Shown here in pieces: positions 1 to 10,339 of a stretch of DNA of 64,000 nucleotides (the first letter of the stretch is position 1; the number at the start of each line of letters is the position of its first letter). The DNA is taken from contig JBHLJY010000003.1 in assembly GCA_048887225.1 (NCBI GenBank), positions 46,420-110,419 of the forward strand. Reading direction: 5' to 3'. This stretch comes from Candidatus Hodarchaeota archaeon (GTDB taxonomy: Archaea; Asgardarchaeota; Lokiarchaeia; Sigyniarchaeales; SOKP01). The notes under the pieces are model-generated. The model had not been told where the DNA came from and ran no database searches. It was given only the letters and a program-made list of their open reading frames with translations. A program made the position numbers and the translations under genes.

Positions 1-657
1 GTGCCCATTCTTATAGCATTTGCTACGGGAATACTTCTTGCTGCTGCATTATTAGGTCTAATACCCGAAGCTATTGAAGAAATGGGTGAGGAACCACATG
101 CGATTATGCCATTTATTTTGGGAGGTATTTTGTTCTTCTTTTTCATGGAAAAGATTGTGATATGGAGAAATTGTCGAGATAATACTTGTGAGGTTCATTC
201 ACATGCCTCAGGCCCTATTATACTTATTGGAGACTCCTTACATAATTTATCAGATGGAGTTGTAATAGCAGCTGCCTTTTTAATTGATTTTGCCCTTGGT
301 ATAGCAGCTGGTATTACAATTTTAATTCATGAATTAGCTCATGAGACAGGAGATTTTGGTATCTTACTTCATACAGGATATTCAAAAAAGAAAGCTTTTA
401 CATATAATATAGTTTCGAGCGCAACTACAATACCTGCCGCAATAATAGGTTATTATTTGTTGACTCCGTTTCTTTTTATTGTTCCCTTTTTGTTAGCTAT
501 CGCAGCAGCAAGTTTTATTTACATTGCATTAACAGATCTAACTCCTGAACTCCATAAACATACTAGTTTAAAGTATAGCATTCGTCAATTAATCCTAATT
601 TTAGCAGGAATTTTTACAATGTTCATATTATTATCGCTAAGCGGGCAAGCACACTAA
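1..657 (+). CDS. ZIP-family divalent metal transporter (5' end cut by window edge)
   Basis: Polytopic hydrophobic ORF open from base 1. Has the ZIP signature 'HELAHETGDFGILL' and the His-rich loop 'CEVHSHASG'. Stop codon at 655-657. Confidence 0.8.
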   Translation: MPILIAFATGILLAAALLGLIPEAIEEMGEEPHAIMPFILGGILFFFFMEKIVIWRNCRDNTCEVHSHASGPIILIGDSLHNLSDGVVIAAAFLIDFALGIAAGITILIHELAHETGDFGILLHTGYSKKKAFTYNIVSSATTIPAAIIGYYLLTPFLFIVPFLLAIAAASFIYIALTDLTPELHKHTSLKYSIRQLILILAGIFTMFILLSLSGQAH

Positions 658-814
658 TAACATCTAGTAGGTGCTACTGTGAGGAAGACCTCTAGATATA
701 TCATAAAAGAGCGTAATTAAAATGATAATAAATCGTATGTCAATAGACTTATTAACTCTACATCATTATACAATAAAAATATATTATATATCTACATAGT
801 ATTTAGTTTTTGTT

Positions 815-928
815 ATGAAAGAGAAAACTTCAAATTTATTGTTGGGTATTGCCGGAGGAATAATCATTCTTATTATTGTAATTACCATTATTGTGATAAT
901 ATTCCAACTCGTAAGAAAGTATCTCTAA
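815..928 (+). CDS. possible 37-aa single-pass membrane micro-protein
   Basis: Hand-translated ATG ORF 'MKEKTSNLLLGIAGGIIILIIVITIIVIIFQLVRKYL*' with one clean hydrophobic helix. It lies in an otherwise empty intergenic gap. A short ORF in AT-rich DNA could be chance. Confidence 0.25.
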   Translation: MKEKTSNLLLGIAGGIIILIIVITIIVIIFQLVRKYL

Positions 929-977
929 AAAAATAAACCTTTTTTTAAAAAAAGAATAAAAATTGGAACTTTTTAGT

Positions 978-1454
978 TTATTTAAGAATTTCATTAGAAG
1001 CATATGCTGTTAAGATCTTTCCAAAAAACACATGATGGCTCGCCATACTTCCAGAGCCACATTCATGAACAACTTTGCATTCATAACTTAGAATACAGTC
1101 TTTAATTGTAGGTACTTTAGTTCTTTTTCCCTCAATGATTTCTAGTCCTGCCTCTTTAAATTTATCCGTATTTCTACCTGAGGATGTTCCAGCAGTATTT
1201 ATAGCATGTTCAATTTTATTCGAAGGAATATTTATCGTAAATTCATTTATTTGGTTTAATAATTCAAAGGTATAACGACTTGGTGCGACTGCAGCAGTAA
1301 TTATAGGAATCATCCACAGCTCTCCTATCGTTTTCCATAACAAAGCCATAACATTTGGATTTCCATTTTTATCAATAGTACACATCAACGCTGCTTTAGA
1401 CATAAAATATTCAATGTACTCATATGGCCTAATTTCTTTCCTATTTTCTGACAT
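978..1454 (-). CDS. flavin reductase-like FMN-binding (split-barrel) protein
   Basis: 158-aa ORF whose size and strings ('NPNVMALLWKT', 'PSRYTFELL', 'FTINIPS') resemble the flavin-reductase-like domain family. Confidence 0.6.
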   Translation of the reverse strand: MSENRKEIRPYEYIEYFMSKAALMCTIDKNGNPNVMALLWKTIGELWMIPIITAAVAPSRYTFELLNQINEFTINIPSNKIEHAINTAGTSSGRNTDKFKEAGLEIIEGKRTKVPTIKDCILSYECKVVHECGSGSMASHHVFFGKILTAYASNEILK

Positions 1455-1546
1455 AATTTATCTGATTATTAAATTTAAATCAATTATAATATTAATTGAA
1501 ACAAATATCATTTAAAATTTATTAAAATAAAAAGCGACGATGTATT

Positions 1547-2506
1547 ATGAGTCCAGACCTAATAAGTTTAGGTGAACTCCTAGTTGAGATTATGCGAACA
1601 GAAGTAAATATTCCTCACGGAGATATTGGTGCAAAATATAAGGGCCCATTTCCAAGCGGAGCCCCAGCGATTTTTATTAATTCTGCTGCTCGTATGGGAA
1701 AACCATTCAATATAACAACTGGTTTTATCGGTGTTATTGGAAACGATGAATTTGGAGCAGCAATCGTTAATAAACTAAAAAGAGATGGAGTAGATATCTC
1801 TCAAATTAGAATTGCTAAAGATAAAACAACGGGAATAGCTTTTAATCAATATAATTCTGATGGTTCAAGAAAATTTATTTTTGCTGCAGGGGCTGCTGGT
1901 GAAACAAATCCTACAGATATTAAAAAAGAATATTTTAAAAATATCAAAGGTCTCCATATAATGGGCAGTGGGCTTTCAATAAGCGAAAATTCACGAGAGG
2001 CTTGTTATAAGGCAATTAAGATAGCGAAAGAACAAAACCCTGAAGTAATTATTTCATTTGATCCTAATTTACGACCCGAAATGCTAAATCTGGATACAAT
2101 TATTAAAATCTGTGAACCTGTTTTAGAAACCACTACTATATTACTTCCCAGCGGGAAAGAAGCTGAAATGTTGGCAGGAGTTAGTGGAGAAATTGAAGCA
2201 TGTGAAGAGTTATTAGATATGGGACCTAAAATCATTGTGTTGAAACAGCATAAAGAGGGTTGTACAATTTTCACTCACGATAATAGAGATGGAATCAAGG
2301 TATCGGGATTTAAAGTAAACGAAATAGATCCAACAGGTGCAGGAGATTCATTTGGAGGCGCATTTGTCGTGGGATATTTAGCTGGATGGGATTTAAAGAA
2401 AGCGGCAGAATTTGCAAATGCTATTGGTGCTTTAAAAGTAGAATTTTTCGGGCCTATGCCTGAAACTACTTATGAAGAGGCTATTAGTTTATTAGAAAAA
2501 GCTTAA
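1547..2506 (+). CDS. PfkB-family carbohydrate kinase (KdgK/ribokinase-like)
   Basis: 319 aa. The C-terminal PfkB signature 'DPTGAGDSFGGAFVVGYLAG' is present and the length is typical. Confidence 0.85.
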   Translation: MSPDLISLGELLVEIMRTEVNIPHGDIGAKYKGPFPSGAPAIFINSAARMGKPFNITTGFIGVIGNDEFGAAIVNKLKRDGVDISQIRIAKDKTTGIAFNQYNSDGSRKFIFAAGAAGETNPTDIKKEYFKNIKGLHIMGSGLSISENSREACYKAIKIAKEQNPEVIISFDPNLRPEMLNLDTIIKICEPVLETTTILLPSGKEAEMLAGVSGEIEACEELLDMGPKIIVLKQHKEGCTIFTHDNRDGIKVSGFKVNEIDPTGAGDSFGGAFVVGYLAGWDLKKAAEFANAIGALKVEFFGPMPETTYEEAISLLEKA

Positions 2507-2520
2507 TATATAAATTCTCT

Positions 2521-4560
2521 TTAATATCTTATCTTGTCTTCAAGCTCCATTTTTGAGCGAAAGGTTTTTGGCAGATCAATTAAATATAAAGAATATACAT
2601 CTGCTGCTACTATTTGATTGCTTTTTATTTTATAGTATCTAAATCCTGGAGCTTTAAACTTATATTTTAATGATATAGGTCCAACTGCCTGAGTTTGAAA
2701 TACAAAAGGTTTATCTACATCAAACCAAATTTTTAATTCTTTTAAATCTCGGAATTTTTTGAAAAAATCTCTATATCTATTAGTATATATTTCACAAGGA
2801 ATCCTTATGTATATTGGGAAAAAGAAATACCCAAAATTAATTCTTTCAGGTTCCCTTGCCTCTTTTAATCTAAATTCTTTAAGAGTGTGAGTATGACCAC
2901 AGAGTACCAGATCTACTTTTCTTCTGATGATTTTATCTGATCCTGTAAAAATTTTTAGTAGTGTGGCCCAATTATACATAATAGTCTGATATTTTAAGTT
3001 TAATAAACGATCTACTCTAGGATCTCCTAAATATTTCTCCAAATTATTTTCGTAAAAATCTCTCCATTCTATTTTTCGTTCTAATTTAAATATCCGTTTG
3101 AATTTCCTTTGTTTTAACATATTAAGGCTGGGAGATATTGGAGGCGTGTGCATAACAATAATAATTTTTTCATTATGAGCTAATCTTATATACGATCTTA
3201 ATAAATCGACTTGGTAATCTTTTATTCCTTTAGTAGATGGTCCACCGCTTAATAGATCATGTATATCCGCAATAGAATCGTGTCCTGTATCAATAAAAAT
3301 AAAATTATATTCATCCCCAATTTTCAATATATAGTTCAAATTAGGATTTAAATATTTGAAATAATCTTTTATGAACTTATCCTTTGATCTTATAACTGTA
3401 AAATAGTTAAAGAACTTAATATCGTAATATCCTTTAATATCTTTACGTCTCATTCCAAAAATCTTATGTGCTTTTGCTATTCTTAAACTGTAATGGCCCT
3501 TACGATAATCGTGGTTGCCAACTAGAGTAAAAATTGGGGCTAAAATTTCTTCTTTATTGATATATTCCTCTTCAGTAAAATATGGATATTTATCCAATCC
3601 CCTATTTATGCCAAGTAAGATTTCAATAAACACGAGAAAATTATTTTCATATTGATAATTTCCTCTCGCTATATCAATATAATCAACTAGATCACCTGTC
3701 ATTAGAACAAAATCCAGTTTTTTTTCTTTAACTCTCTCATTAATATAATTAATTAATTTTCTTATGTTTTGATTGAAATTATACTTCGCATAGCGTAATT
3801 TTTCAATATTTCCTGTCTGAAATTCTTTCCTAAATTCGAAATCTCTCGTTAAAATAAAATAAGCATTGCTGGAAATTTTCTTTTTCTGGCTTCTATATCT
3901 TTTAATTCTATCTTTAGCCTTATCCTTTAAAAATTTCGCAATAAAATCGTTCCTACGAGCAACATGAAAATCTGTGGCATGAATAAAATTAAAATCAGCC
4001 CAATCTTTATCGAAAAAAGCAATTGCGTGATAATTAATTTTATTTTCAATTAAATTTGGAATTTCGTGAATGATATCAAATATTAAAGAAGATCTATTAG
4101 TCTTAATTAAAAGTTCACGAATCTTTTTAACGTCTTTTACTTGAAATTTGATTTTATAAAGAACATCTCTCTCTCCAAAAAGGTCGTCAATCTGCAATAA
4201 TGTATTAAAGATATCCCACACCATACAATGCTCTTTTTTTAATACACCATTTTCTCTAAAATCTAATTTCTTTATTTTATTAATCTCTTGTATTTGTAAA
4301 GGATATCTTTCACCTCTTCTTTTGGTAAATTCACCTCTTTCTTTTACAATAGGTTGAATATAAATATTCAAGTGATAAGATTGTAGAATTTCTTTAGTGC
4401 TCTGCCCTGGAATTGCAATTATTAAGGCATCAAAAATAACTTTTTTTTTAAACGCTCCGCTCTCGTCCATAAAATCTCTTAAGTTTATCAAAATAGGCTG
4501 TCCAAAATTTGGCTGTATAATTATAGGATATTTGCCTTTTCTCAGATCTAAATTATACAT
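2521..4560 (-). CDS. large calcineurin-like metallophosphoesterase with ~190-aa N-terminal domain of unknown function
   Basis: The ordered metallophosphoesterase motifs are all present: 'HATDFHV', 'TGDLVDY', 'VGNHDY', 'VMHTPP', 'CGHTHT'. Confidence 0.75.
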   Translation of the reverse strand: MYNLDLRKGKYPIIIQPNFGQPILINLRDFMDESGAFKKKVIFDALIIAIPGQSTKEILQSYHLNIYIQPIVKERGEFTKRRGERYPLQIQEINKIKKLDFRENGVLKKEHCMVWDIFNTLLQIDDLFGERDVLYKIKFQVKDVKKIRELLIKTNRSSLIFDIIHEIPNLIENKINYHAIAFFDKDWADFNFIHATDFHVARRNDFIAKFLKDKAKDRIKRYRSQKKKISSNAYFILTRDFEFRKEFQTGNIEKLRYAKYNFNQNIRKLINYINERVKEKKLDFVLMTGDLVDYIDIARGNYQYENNFLVFIEILLGINRGLDKYPYFTEEEYINKEEILAPIFTLVGNHDYRKGHYSLRIAKAHKIFGMRRKDIKGYYDIKFFNYFTVIRSKDKFIKDYFKYLNPNLNYILKIGDEYNFIFIDTGHDSIADIHDLLSGGPSTKGIKDYQVDLLRSYIRLAHNEKIIIVMHTPPISPSLNMLKQRKFKRIFKLERKIEWRDFYENNLEKYLGDPRVDRLLNLKYQTIMYNWATLLKIFTGSDKIIRRKVDLVLCGHTHTLKEFRLKEAREPERINFGYFFFPIYIRIPCEIYTNRYRDFFKKFRDLKELKIWFDVDKPFVFQTQAVGPISLKYKFKAPGFRYYKIKSNQIVAADVYSLYLIDLPKTFRSKMELEDKIRY

Positions 4561-5003
4561 TTTTTTAGAGATTTTATTGACTTAATTGTTATTTGTTATA
4601 TTATTACGAAATATTTACAAAATAATTAAGGTTTATAATAATCAAACTATTTCATGATTAAGAATTAAAAACTTATTAGCAGTTAATTTTTCAGGGGAAA
4701 TAATCATATCCGAAGAAGAAGAAAAAAGAGAAGAAGAAATTTTTATGAAGTATATTAAAGAATTAGAAAAATTGATTAAAGAGCAAGTTGATCAAGATAA
4801 CGATAGATTCTGAGAAAGTTGTCAAAAAAGTATTGGTTATTTCCTTAGACTTTTTTAGAAGAATAATTGATGGCTCTTTTTTTATTCAAACAAGAATGGA
4901 TAATATGAGAAAAATTATAATCACATCCTTTTTTTGATTAATTTTTTATTTTAATAGATTATAATACCAAAATATTCAAAAAGAATATAAACGATATAAA
5001 AAT

Positions 5004-6497
5004 ATGAGTGAGGAAAGATTATATCAACCCGATTTTAGCAGTATTTTTGGAGAATCATATTCAAACGCTTTTCTTTATGGTCAAGTTGATACTCTAGTCT
5101 GGCCTATCTTTAATGACATTGAAATGTCTGACTCATTGAAAAATCTTTTAAAACTGACTAATAAAGAGGATCGAGAATATTTTTATCACAGAAAAATAAG
5201 TTTAGATGACGAAAAGATAGAATTAAATTGTTCTAATATAGATCTTGCGTTAATTCAGGCATTGGAATTAGGAAAAGAATATGGTATAACTAACTCTGAC
5301 GTTGTTGCCGTTGTAAAGAAAGATCCAAATATTTTTAAAGGGATTTTATCTTTTGATCTTCCAAATTCTTCGACCATTTCGGAGTTTATATCAGATTTAA
5401 AGAATATTGAAAAAGAAATAGATGTTGCTGGGATGGTTTTCTATCCTTCTTACACTAAATTAGATTTTACTGATGTAAAAAATAATGCACTTGAAGAATT
5501 TTTAAAACACTGTAAGGAGAAGAATTATTTTATTAAAATTGATGTTGGAAATTTAATGCTCCCAGATAATTATCCTGAATTTACATCTTACAATAAAATC
5601 AAATCTCTTCTGTCGAGAAATCAAGAAAATATGTTTATCTTAAGCGGATTAGATATTTCTGGAGATTTTAATCTATATTATCAACTATTAAAATATTATA
5701 ATAATCTATGGATTGAAATAGATCCACGGTCTTTCGGAGGTATGACTCCAACCGATTTTTTTAAGCAAATTTTTAATTTAAAAGGATTCGTTCAAAATAG
5801 CTGGTATAGAGTATTAATAGGAAGTGCAACCCCAACATTAGAAATCCCACAAATTGTTAGAGGTTTTATAGAAGCTACTGAACAACTTCCTTTTTCTCAA
5901 AAATGTATCTTGAGAACTTGGGCATTTCGAAATGTTAATAGATTAAATTCTTCTGTTTTTAGACCTATAATAAATGTTGATTTAAAACAATATAGAACCA
6001 TTTTGAACATCAATAAAATTAAAACTATTGAAAATGACAATGAAATTCACTTTATTTATAAAATTCAGCTTAGAAGCTATAGCATTACTCAATTAGTTTT
6101 TTTAACTAAATTAATTAATGAAGTTTTTAACGATACTATAAATAAAAATCCCAATTTACAGAACGGCGAGATGTTTATAAGATCTTATCATACGACTACA
6201 TCCTTACTTATTAACGAACATGAATATGGTAATTATCTTGATTTACATTACAAATTTGCTGAAATTTCAAAAAAAGATAGTTCTAACTTTTTACATACTG
6301 TCAGAGCCTTGGAAAATCGAGCAGACTTCAATCCTTATGATCATCAATTAGCCACCATCTACGGTAATAGGCAATTAATTCTTCCTATAATAAATAGAAA
6401 ATTAGATATTGGTAATAGAGAAAACTTCTATATTTTAGTTACATTTGGACCAAGAGAATTTCAGCTATATATAAGAATTAAATTCCTTAAGGAATAA
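5004..6497 (+). CDS. hypothetical fusion protein: degenerate amidohydrolase-like TIM-barrel N-half, YjbQ/UPF0047-like C-terminal domain
   Basis: 497-aa ORF. The C-terminus ('RSYHTTTSLLINEHEYG', 'YDHQLATIYGNRQLILPIINRKLDIGNRENFYIL') lines up with recalled E. coli YjbQ ('QHTSASLTLNENCDP', '[31 protein letters not shown]'). The N-half has 'LIGSATP', resembling the amidohydrolase-2 'GSDxP'. Confidence 0.45.
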   Translation: MSEERLYQPDFSSIFGESYSNAFLYGQVDTLVWPIFNDIEMSDSLKNLLKLTNKEDREYFYHRKISLDDEKIELNCSNIDLALIQALELGKEYGITNSDVVAVVKKDPNIFKGILSFDLPNSSTISEFISDLKNIEKEIDVAGMVFYPSYTKLDFTDVKNNALEEFLKHCKEKNYFIKIDVGNLMLPDNYPEFTSYNKIKSLLSRNQENMFILSGLDISGDFNLYYQLLKYYNNLWIEIDPRSFGGMTPTDFFKQIFNLKGFVQNSWYRVLIGSATPTLEIPQIVRGFIEATEQLPFSQKCILRTWAFRNVNRLNSSVFRPIINVDLKQYRTILNINKIKTIENDNEIHFIYKIQLRSYSITQLVFLTKLINEVFNDTINKNPNLQNGEMFIRSYHTTTSLLINEHEYGNYLDLHYKFAEISKKDSSNFLHTVRALENRADFNPYDHQLATIYGNRQLILPIINRKLDIGNRENFYILVTFGPREFQLYIRIKFLKE

Positions 6498-6854
6498 TAA
6501 AAAAGAAAATTACTTATTTTTTAAATATAGCAATTAATTTACTTAGCTTTAAGAGCAGAGTAATTGAAATTAAATTTTTTGCTACAATTACGAAAAATTT
6601 TCATATTTAAACTTATCTATAAAAATTTGAATTTCATTTATAAAAATCGGAAAAAATCAAACATTTAAATATGAGAAAAAGGTATATTTCATAGATATTT
6701 TTTTTAATTGGATGATTTTATATGAACAATTATCTATTTGTTTCAAAGAGTATTTTAATAAAAAATCATCTAGGTAATTTTTCATATTTAAATGAAAATT
6801 AAGTTTTAAAAGCTTTAATTCTAATAACTTATCAATTAAGAATATAATAAAAAT

Positions 6855-8321
6855 ATGGTTTATAATAGCGATATAATGTCTGACGACGATGAAGAAAAAG
6901 ACAGTAAAGCGGAAAAGGATATCGATAAAGTAGATAAAGAGTTCTTGTCCAAAGCTAAAAACTCAAGAGATATGATTGATAAAAAGTTGAAAACCTTCGA
7001 GAACACGATTAATGATATTTCAGAGAAAATTAAAGAAGATAAAGAAATACACAAAGAAGAGGACAAAAAAGAATTCTCTCAAATTCAAAAAGATATGAAA
7101 GAAGCACAGATTCAATTTGAGTCCATTTCAAAAAAAATAGCAGACAAAAAAGATTATCTCTCGGCTTTAGAAGAAAAAATTGCTGAGCTTGAAGAAAATT
7201 ATAATCGGAAAATCGAAGAAAATACTACTTTAGAAGAGCAATTAAAAATTACAAGGGAAAGTAAAGAGACATTAGACGAAGAATATAAAGAACTACTTAA
7301 AAACAATGAAGAATTAGTAAAAACTTATGAAAATAGACAAGTTGATTTGATTGTCCTTACAGACAGTATAAAGGAAAAAGTTGCAACTCAAGAGGACTTA
7401 AGAGCAAAAATCTCTAAATTAAATAAAGAAATTGAGGAACAGGAAAATAACATCGTCAAGCAAAAAGAAGAGGCAGAAATGATTGAGAAAAAATTGAAAA
7501 GTCTTAGAACTGAAAGCGATAATATTAAATTATCTATTGATAAAAATAAAATTGAGTACCACCATAGTGAAGAATTAGCAGAGGCAAAAGAAGCAGAGTT
7601 AAAACTATTAAACGAACAATTAGAAAAAAAAGAAGAAAGAATAAAAGAAATTGAAGCCTTGGTTAAAGAGTATCATGAAGGCTTTCCCGAAATGGAAAAA
7701 CAAAAGCAAACGTATGAAGAACTTCTTGAAAAATATAAAACTCAACTGACAGAAAAGCAACAAACTATGATTGATATTGAATCTCGGATACAAGAGCTAA
7801 ACGAATCTATGGAAGAAATACAAGAACAAATTAACGGAAAAGAAGATTTAATCAATGTTAGTGAAAAAAGATTAGAAGATATAAAAACCGCTATTGAAGA
7901 ATCAACTGTAGAGTATAAGGAGAGAGAAGATCGGCTTATTGCTTTAACTGAGAAAATTGATCATTTAAAGCCAGATTACGAGAAATTAGTTAATACAAAA
8001 GAAGTTATTGAAAAAAGTATTGGTGATTCTCGCGCACTTTTTCAGAATCTAAAAGATGAATTAGAATCTCAAGAGAAAGAAATCAGAGATAAAGAAGCGA
8101 GAATTCATCGATTAGAATTTTTATCGTTTATATATAGAGCGTCAAAGTTTTTTGGTGGGATTTTAATAGTCTTAGGTATTATTTTTATAATTTTAAGTAT
8201 TGGCTATCTTGTTAATATTGTAAACTTTGGAGATGCTAATAACTTTTTCATCTTTATTTTTTTGATAATCGCTGCTGGGTGTAGTATTCTCTCAGGAATA
8301 TTTCACCTAGAGAAATCTTAA
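6855..8321 (+). CDS. long coiled-coil protein with C-terminal double-TM anchor
   Basis: About 420 aa of E/K/L-rich heptad-like sequence, followed by two hydrophobic helices ('FFGGILIVLGIIFIILSIGYLV', 'FFIFIFLIIAAGCSILSGIF'). Confidence 0.6.
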   Translation: MVYNSDIMSDDDEEKDSKAEKDIDKVDKEFLSKAKNSRDMIDKKLKTFENTINDISEKIKEDKEIHKEEDKKEFSQIQKDMKEAQIQFESISKKIADKKDYLSALEEKIAELEENYNRKIEENTTLEEQLKITRESKETLDEEYKELLKNNEELVKTYENRQVDLIVLTDSIKEKVATQEDLRAKISKLNKEIEEQENNIVKQKEEAEMIEKKLKSLRTESDNIKLSIDKNKIEYHHSEELAEAKEAELKLLNEQLEKKEERIKEIEALVKEYHEGFPEMEKQKQTYEELLEKYKTQLTEKQQTMIDIESRIQELNESMEEIQEQINGKEDLINVSEKRLEDIKTAIEESTVEYKEREDRLIALTEKIDHLKPDYEKLVNTKEVIEKSIGDSRALFQNLKDELESQEKEIRDKEARIHRLEFLSFIYRASKFFGGILIVLGIIFIILSIGYLVNIVNFGDANNFFIFIFLIIAAGCSILSGIFHLEKS

Positions 8322-8399
8322 ATCATAAAACTTCTTTAAATTTAATAGCTAGATCTAATGTATAAAATTTCAAATTTTAAAATTTAGATGAATTAAGGT

Positions 8400-10295
8400 T
8401 TGAACGAGTCAGAATCAGAAGTAATTCCACTTGAAGTTGAGAAAAAATATGGAATAAAAGCTGGAGTTCTATATGGAATAGGTTGTGGAATTGGAGGTTC
8501 GATATTTATTCTCTTAGGTACAGGAATCGGTATAGCGGGACCTGGTGTTTTAATAAGTTTATTACTTGGAGGAATTTTGATTTTATTGATTGCCTTAAAT
8601 TATTCCGAGCTTTCAGCGAGTCTGCCAATTTCTGGTGGCGCATATAATTTTAGTAAAGAAGGTATAGGTGGTTTTTCAGCATATATTATAGGTTTTTTTT
8701 TATGGATTGCTAATATCGCCACATGTTCCTTTTCAGCCCAAGCATTAGCTTTAATAATCGTGATATTTTTTCCTTTCTTGAATAATTATATATTTATAAT
8801 CATTATTTCAGTGTTTTCAGTTTTATTCATAAGTATAGTATTTTTCAGGACTCAAAGATTTGCTGTAAGAACTTTAATCATACTAACAATAATTTTAATA
8901 GCAATTTTTTGTATTTTTATTCTCTCGGGATTATTAATTTCTCCATATACTAATGTATCTGGGTATAATCCTAATTTTATTTATTCTAAATCAAACTTTT
9001 TCGGTGTAATACAAATGTTTGCTCTTCTCTTTATATTTTTTACTTCAATTACATCAAATTTAGCATATTTTAACATAGATTTAAAAAATCCATCGAAAAA
9101 CATTCTAAAAGTAAATATTCTTGCAATATTAATAACCTTATTAATTTATTTATCAATAAGCTATGTTGTATTAATCAATGTTGGCAATAAAATAGACAGA
9201 ATAGGCGATTCTCCTATTTTATTAGGGGAAATCTTGTTCGATATATTAGGATCTGTAGGTTTTTATCTTATGGGTATAGCTGCTATTATATCAATCTTAA
9301 TTGCTATGAACGCGGCTCTTGGTTCTGCTGTTAGCGTTTTTCAAGCTTTATCAAGAGATCATTATTTCCCAAAGATTTTTAACGAAGTGAGTAAAAAATC
9401 TAATGTTCCAGTATATTCATTAATAATCACAACAATTATAGTAATAATTTTTACGTTTATTGCAACAATTTTTGCTAATATTGGATTTACGGCCGGAATA
9501 ACTATTTTCATATATTTTTTTGGATTAGCATTTGTTAATTTAGCTGCAGTTAATTTAAGATATAAGAGGAAAGAGTTAGATCGACCATTTAAAGCACCAT
9601 TTTTTCCTTTTTTACCAATTATTGTAGCAATAACTTGCCTAATATTAGCGTTTATTTTAGAGCCCAGTGCAATTATTTTAGGCTTAATTATATTTGCTAT
9701 TGCGGTAATTTACTATTTATTAACTATAGCTGATCGTTATTCTTTAGTAATTACATTTGCGGGAATAAAATTAATTTCTTTAATATTTGTAGGTCTTTTC
9801 ATTTGGATTATTAATAATATAAGCGTAATAAGTGTGTCTATTACCGGATTTAATATCTTTTTTCATTATGTTCTTTTGCGAATATTAATATTTATTTGTA
9901 TTTTCACAATTGGGACAATATTACTTGATTTAGTACCACTTCGAGAGTTAATTTATTTTTTTACTAAAAAATTAGATAAAGAAAGAGTTGCAATTGACCT
10001 TGGATTCGGGCAAATAATTGAATTAGATAAAATGAGATTAAAAATTCTTCAAAGGGTAAATTTAGCTATAGCAATTGGTCAAATAATATCCTCGTTATTT
10101 ATTTTCTTTATGATTTATTTATTTGGAATGGAGATTGTCTCAATTGAAAAAATTACTCTCGGAAATATAAATATTAGTCATATAATGGCAGAATATTTAT
10201 GGCTGACCTGTTTAATTTTATTAGGAAGTTCTCTCTTGGTTAGTGGTGTTTTAATGATATATATAAATCGCGAAGTACTATCGCTTGGAGTTTAA
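8400..10295 (+). CDS. APC-superfamily amino-acid/polyamine permease with extra C-terminal TM domain
   Basis: 631-aa polytopic ORF with a TTG start. The N-terminal region 'GIGCGIGGSIFILLG' and overall pattern fit APC permeases. About 180 extra hydrophobic residues lie at the C-terminus. Confidence 0.75.
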   Translation: MNESESEVIPLEVEKKYGIKAGVLYGIGCGIGGSIFILLGTGIGIAGPGVLISLLLGGILILLIALNYSELSASLPISGGAYNFSKEGIGGFSAYIIGFFLWIANIATCSFSAQALALIIVIFFPFLNNYIFIIIISVFSVLFISIVFFRTQRFAVRTLIILTIILIAIFCIFILSGLLISPYTNVSGYNPNFIYSKSNFFGVIQMFALLFIFFTSITSNLAYFNIDLKNPSKNILKVNILAILITLLIYLSISYVVLINVGNKIDRIGDSPILLGEILFDILGSVGFYLMGIAAIISILIAMNAALGSAVSVFQALSRDHYFPKIFNEVSKKSNVPVYSLIITTIIVIIFTFIATIFANIGFTAGITIFIYFFGLAFVNLAAVNLRYKRKELDRPFKAPFFPFLPIIVAITCLILAFILEPSAIILGLIIFAIAVIYYLLTIADRYSLVITFAGIKLISLIFVGLFIWIINNISVISVSITGFNIFFHYVLLRILIFICIFTIGTILLDLVPLRELIYFFTKKLDKERVAIDLGFGQIIELDKMRLKILQRVNLAIAIGQIISSLFIFFMIYLFGMEIVSIEKITLGNINISHIMAEYLWLTCLILLGSSLLVSGVLMIYINREVLSLGV

Positions 10296-10339
10296 TATCA
10301 AAAGAAGAAGATAATTAATCTAAAAAATTCTTTTTTAAA

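Noticed and set aside
700-790. Possible C/D-box sRNA (minus-strand 'AATGATGT' near 760)
   Set aside because: There is no matching D box (CUGA) or C'/D' set at the correct spacing, and no terminal stem. The partial match is not better than chance.
4655-4819. Acidic mini-ORF in the 418-nt gap ('...SEEEEKREEEIFMKYIKELEKLIKEQVDQDNDRF*')
   Set aside because: Only 24 codons follow the sole ATG. The longer open frame has no canonical start and no recognisable family, so it is not reported as a gene.
2005-7066. Nested or antisense ORFs 2005..2274 (-), 4397..4585 (+) and 6860..7066 (-)
   Set aside because: Each sits inside a longer, motif-supported gene on the other strand (PfkB kinase, metallophosphoesterase, coiled-coil protein).
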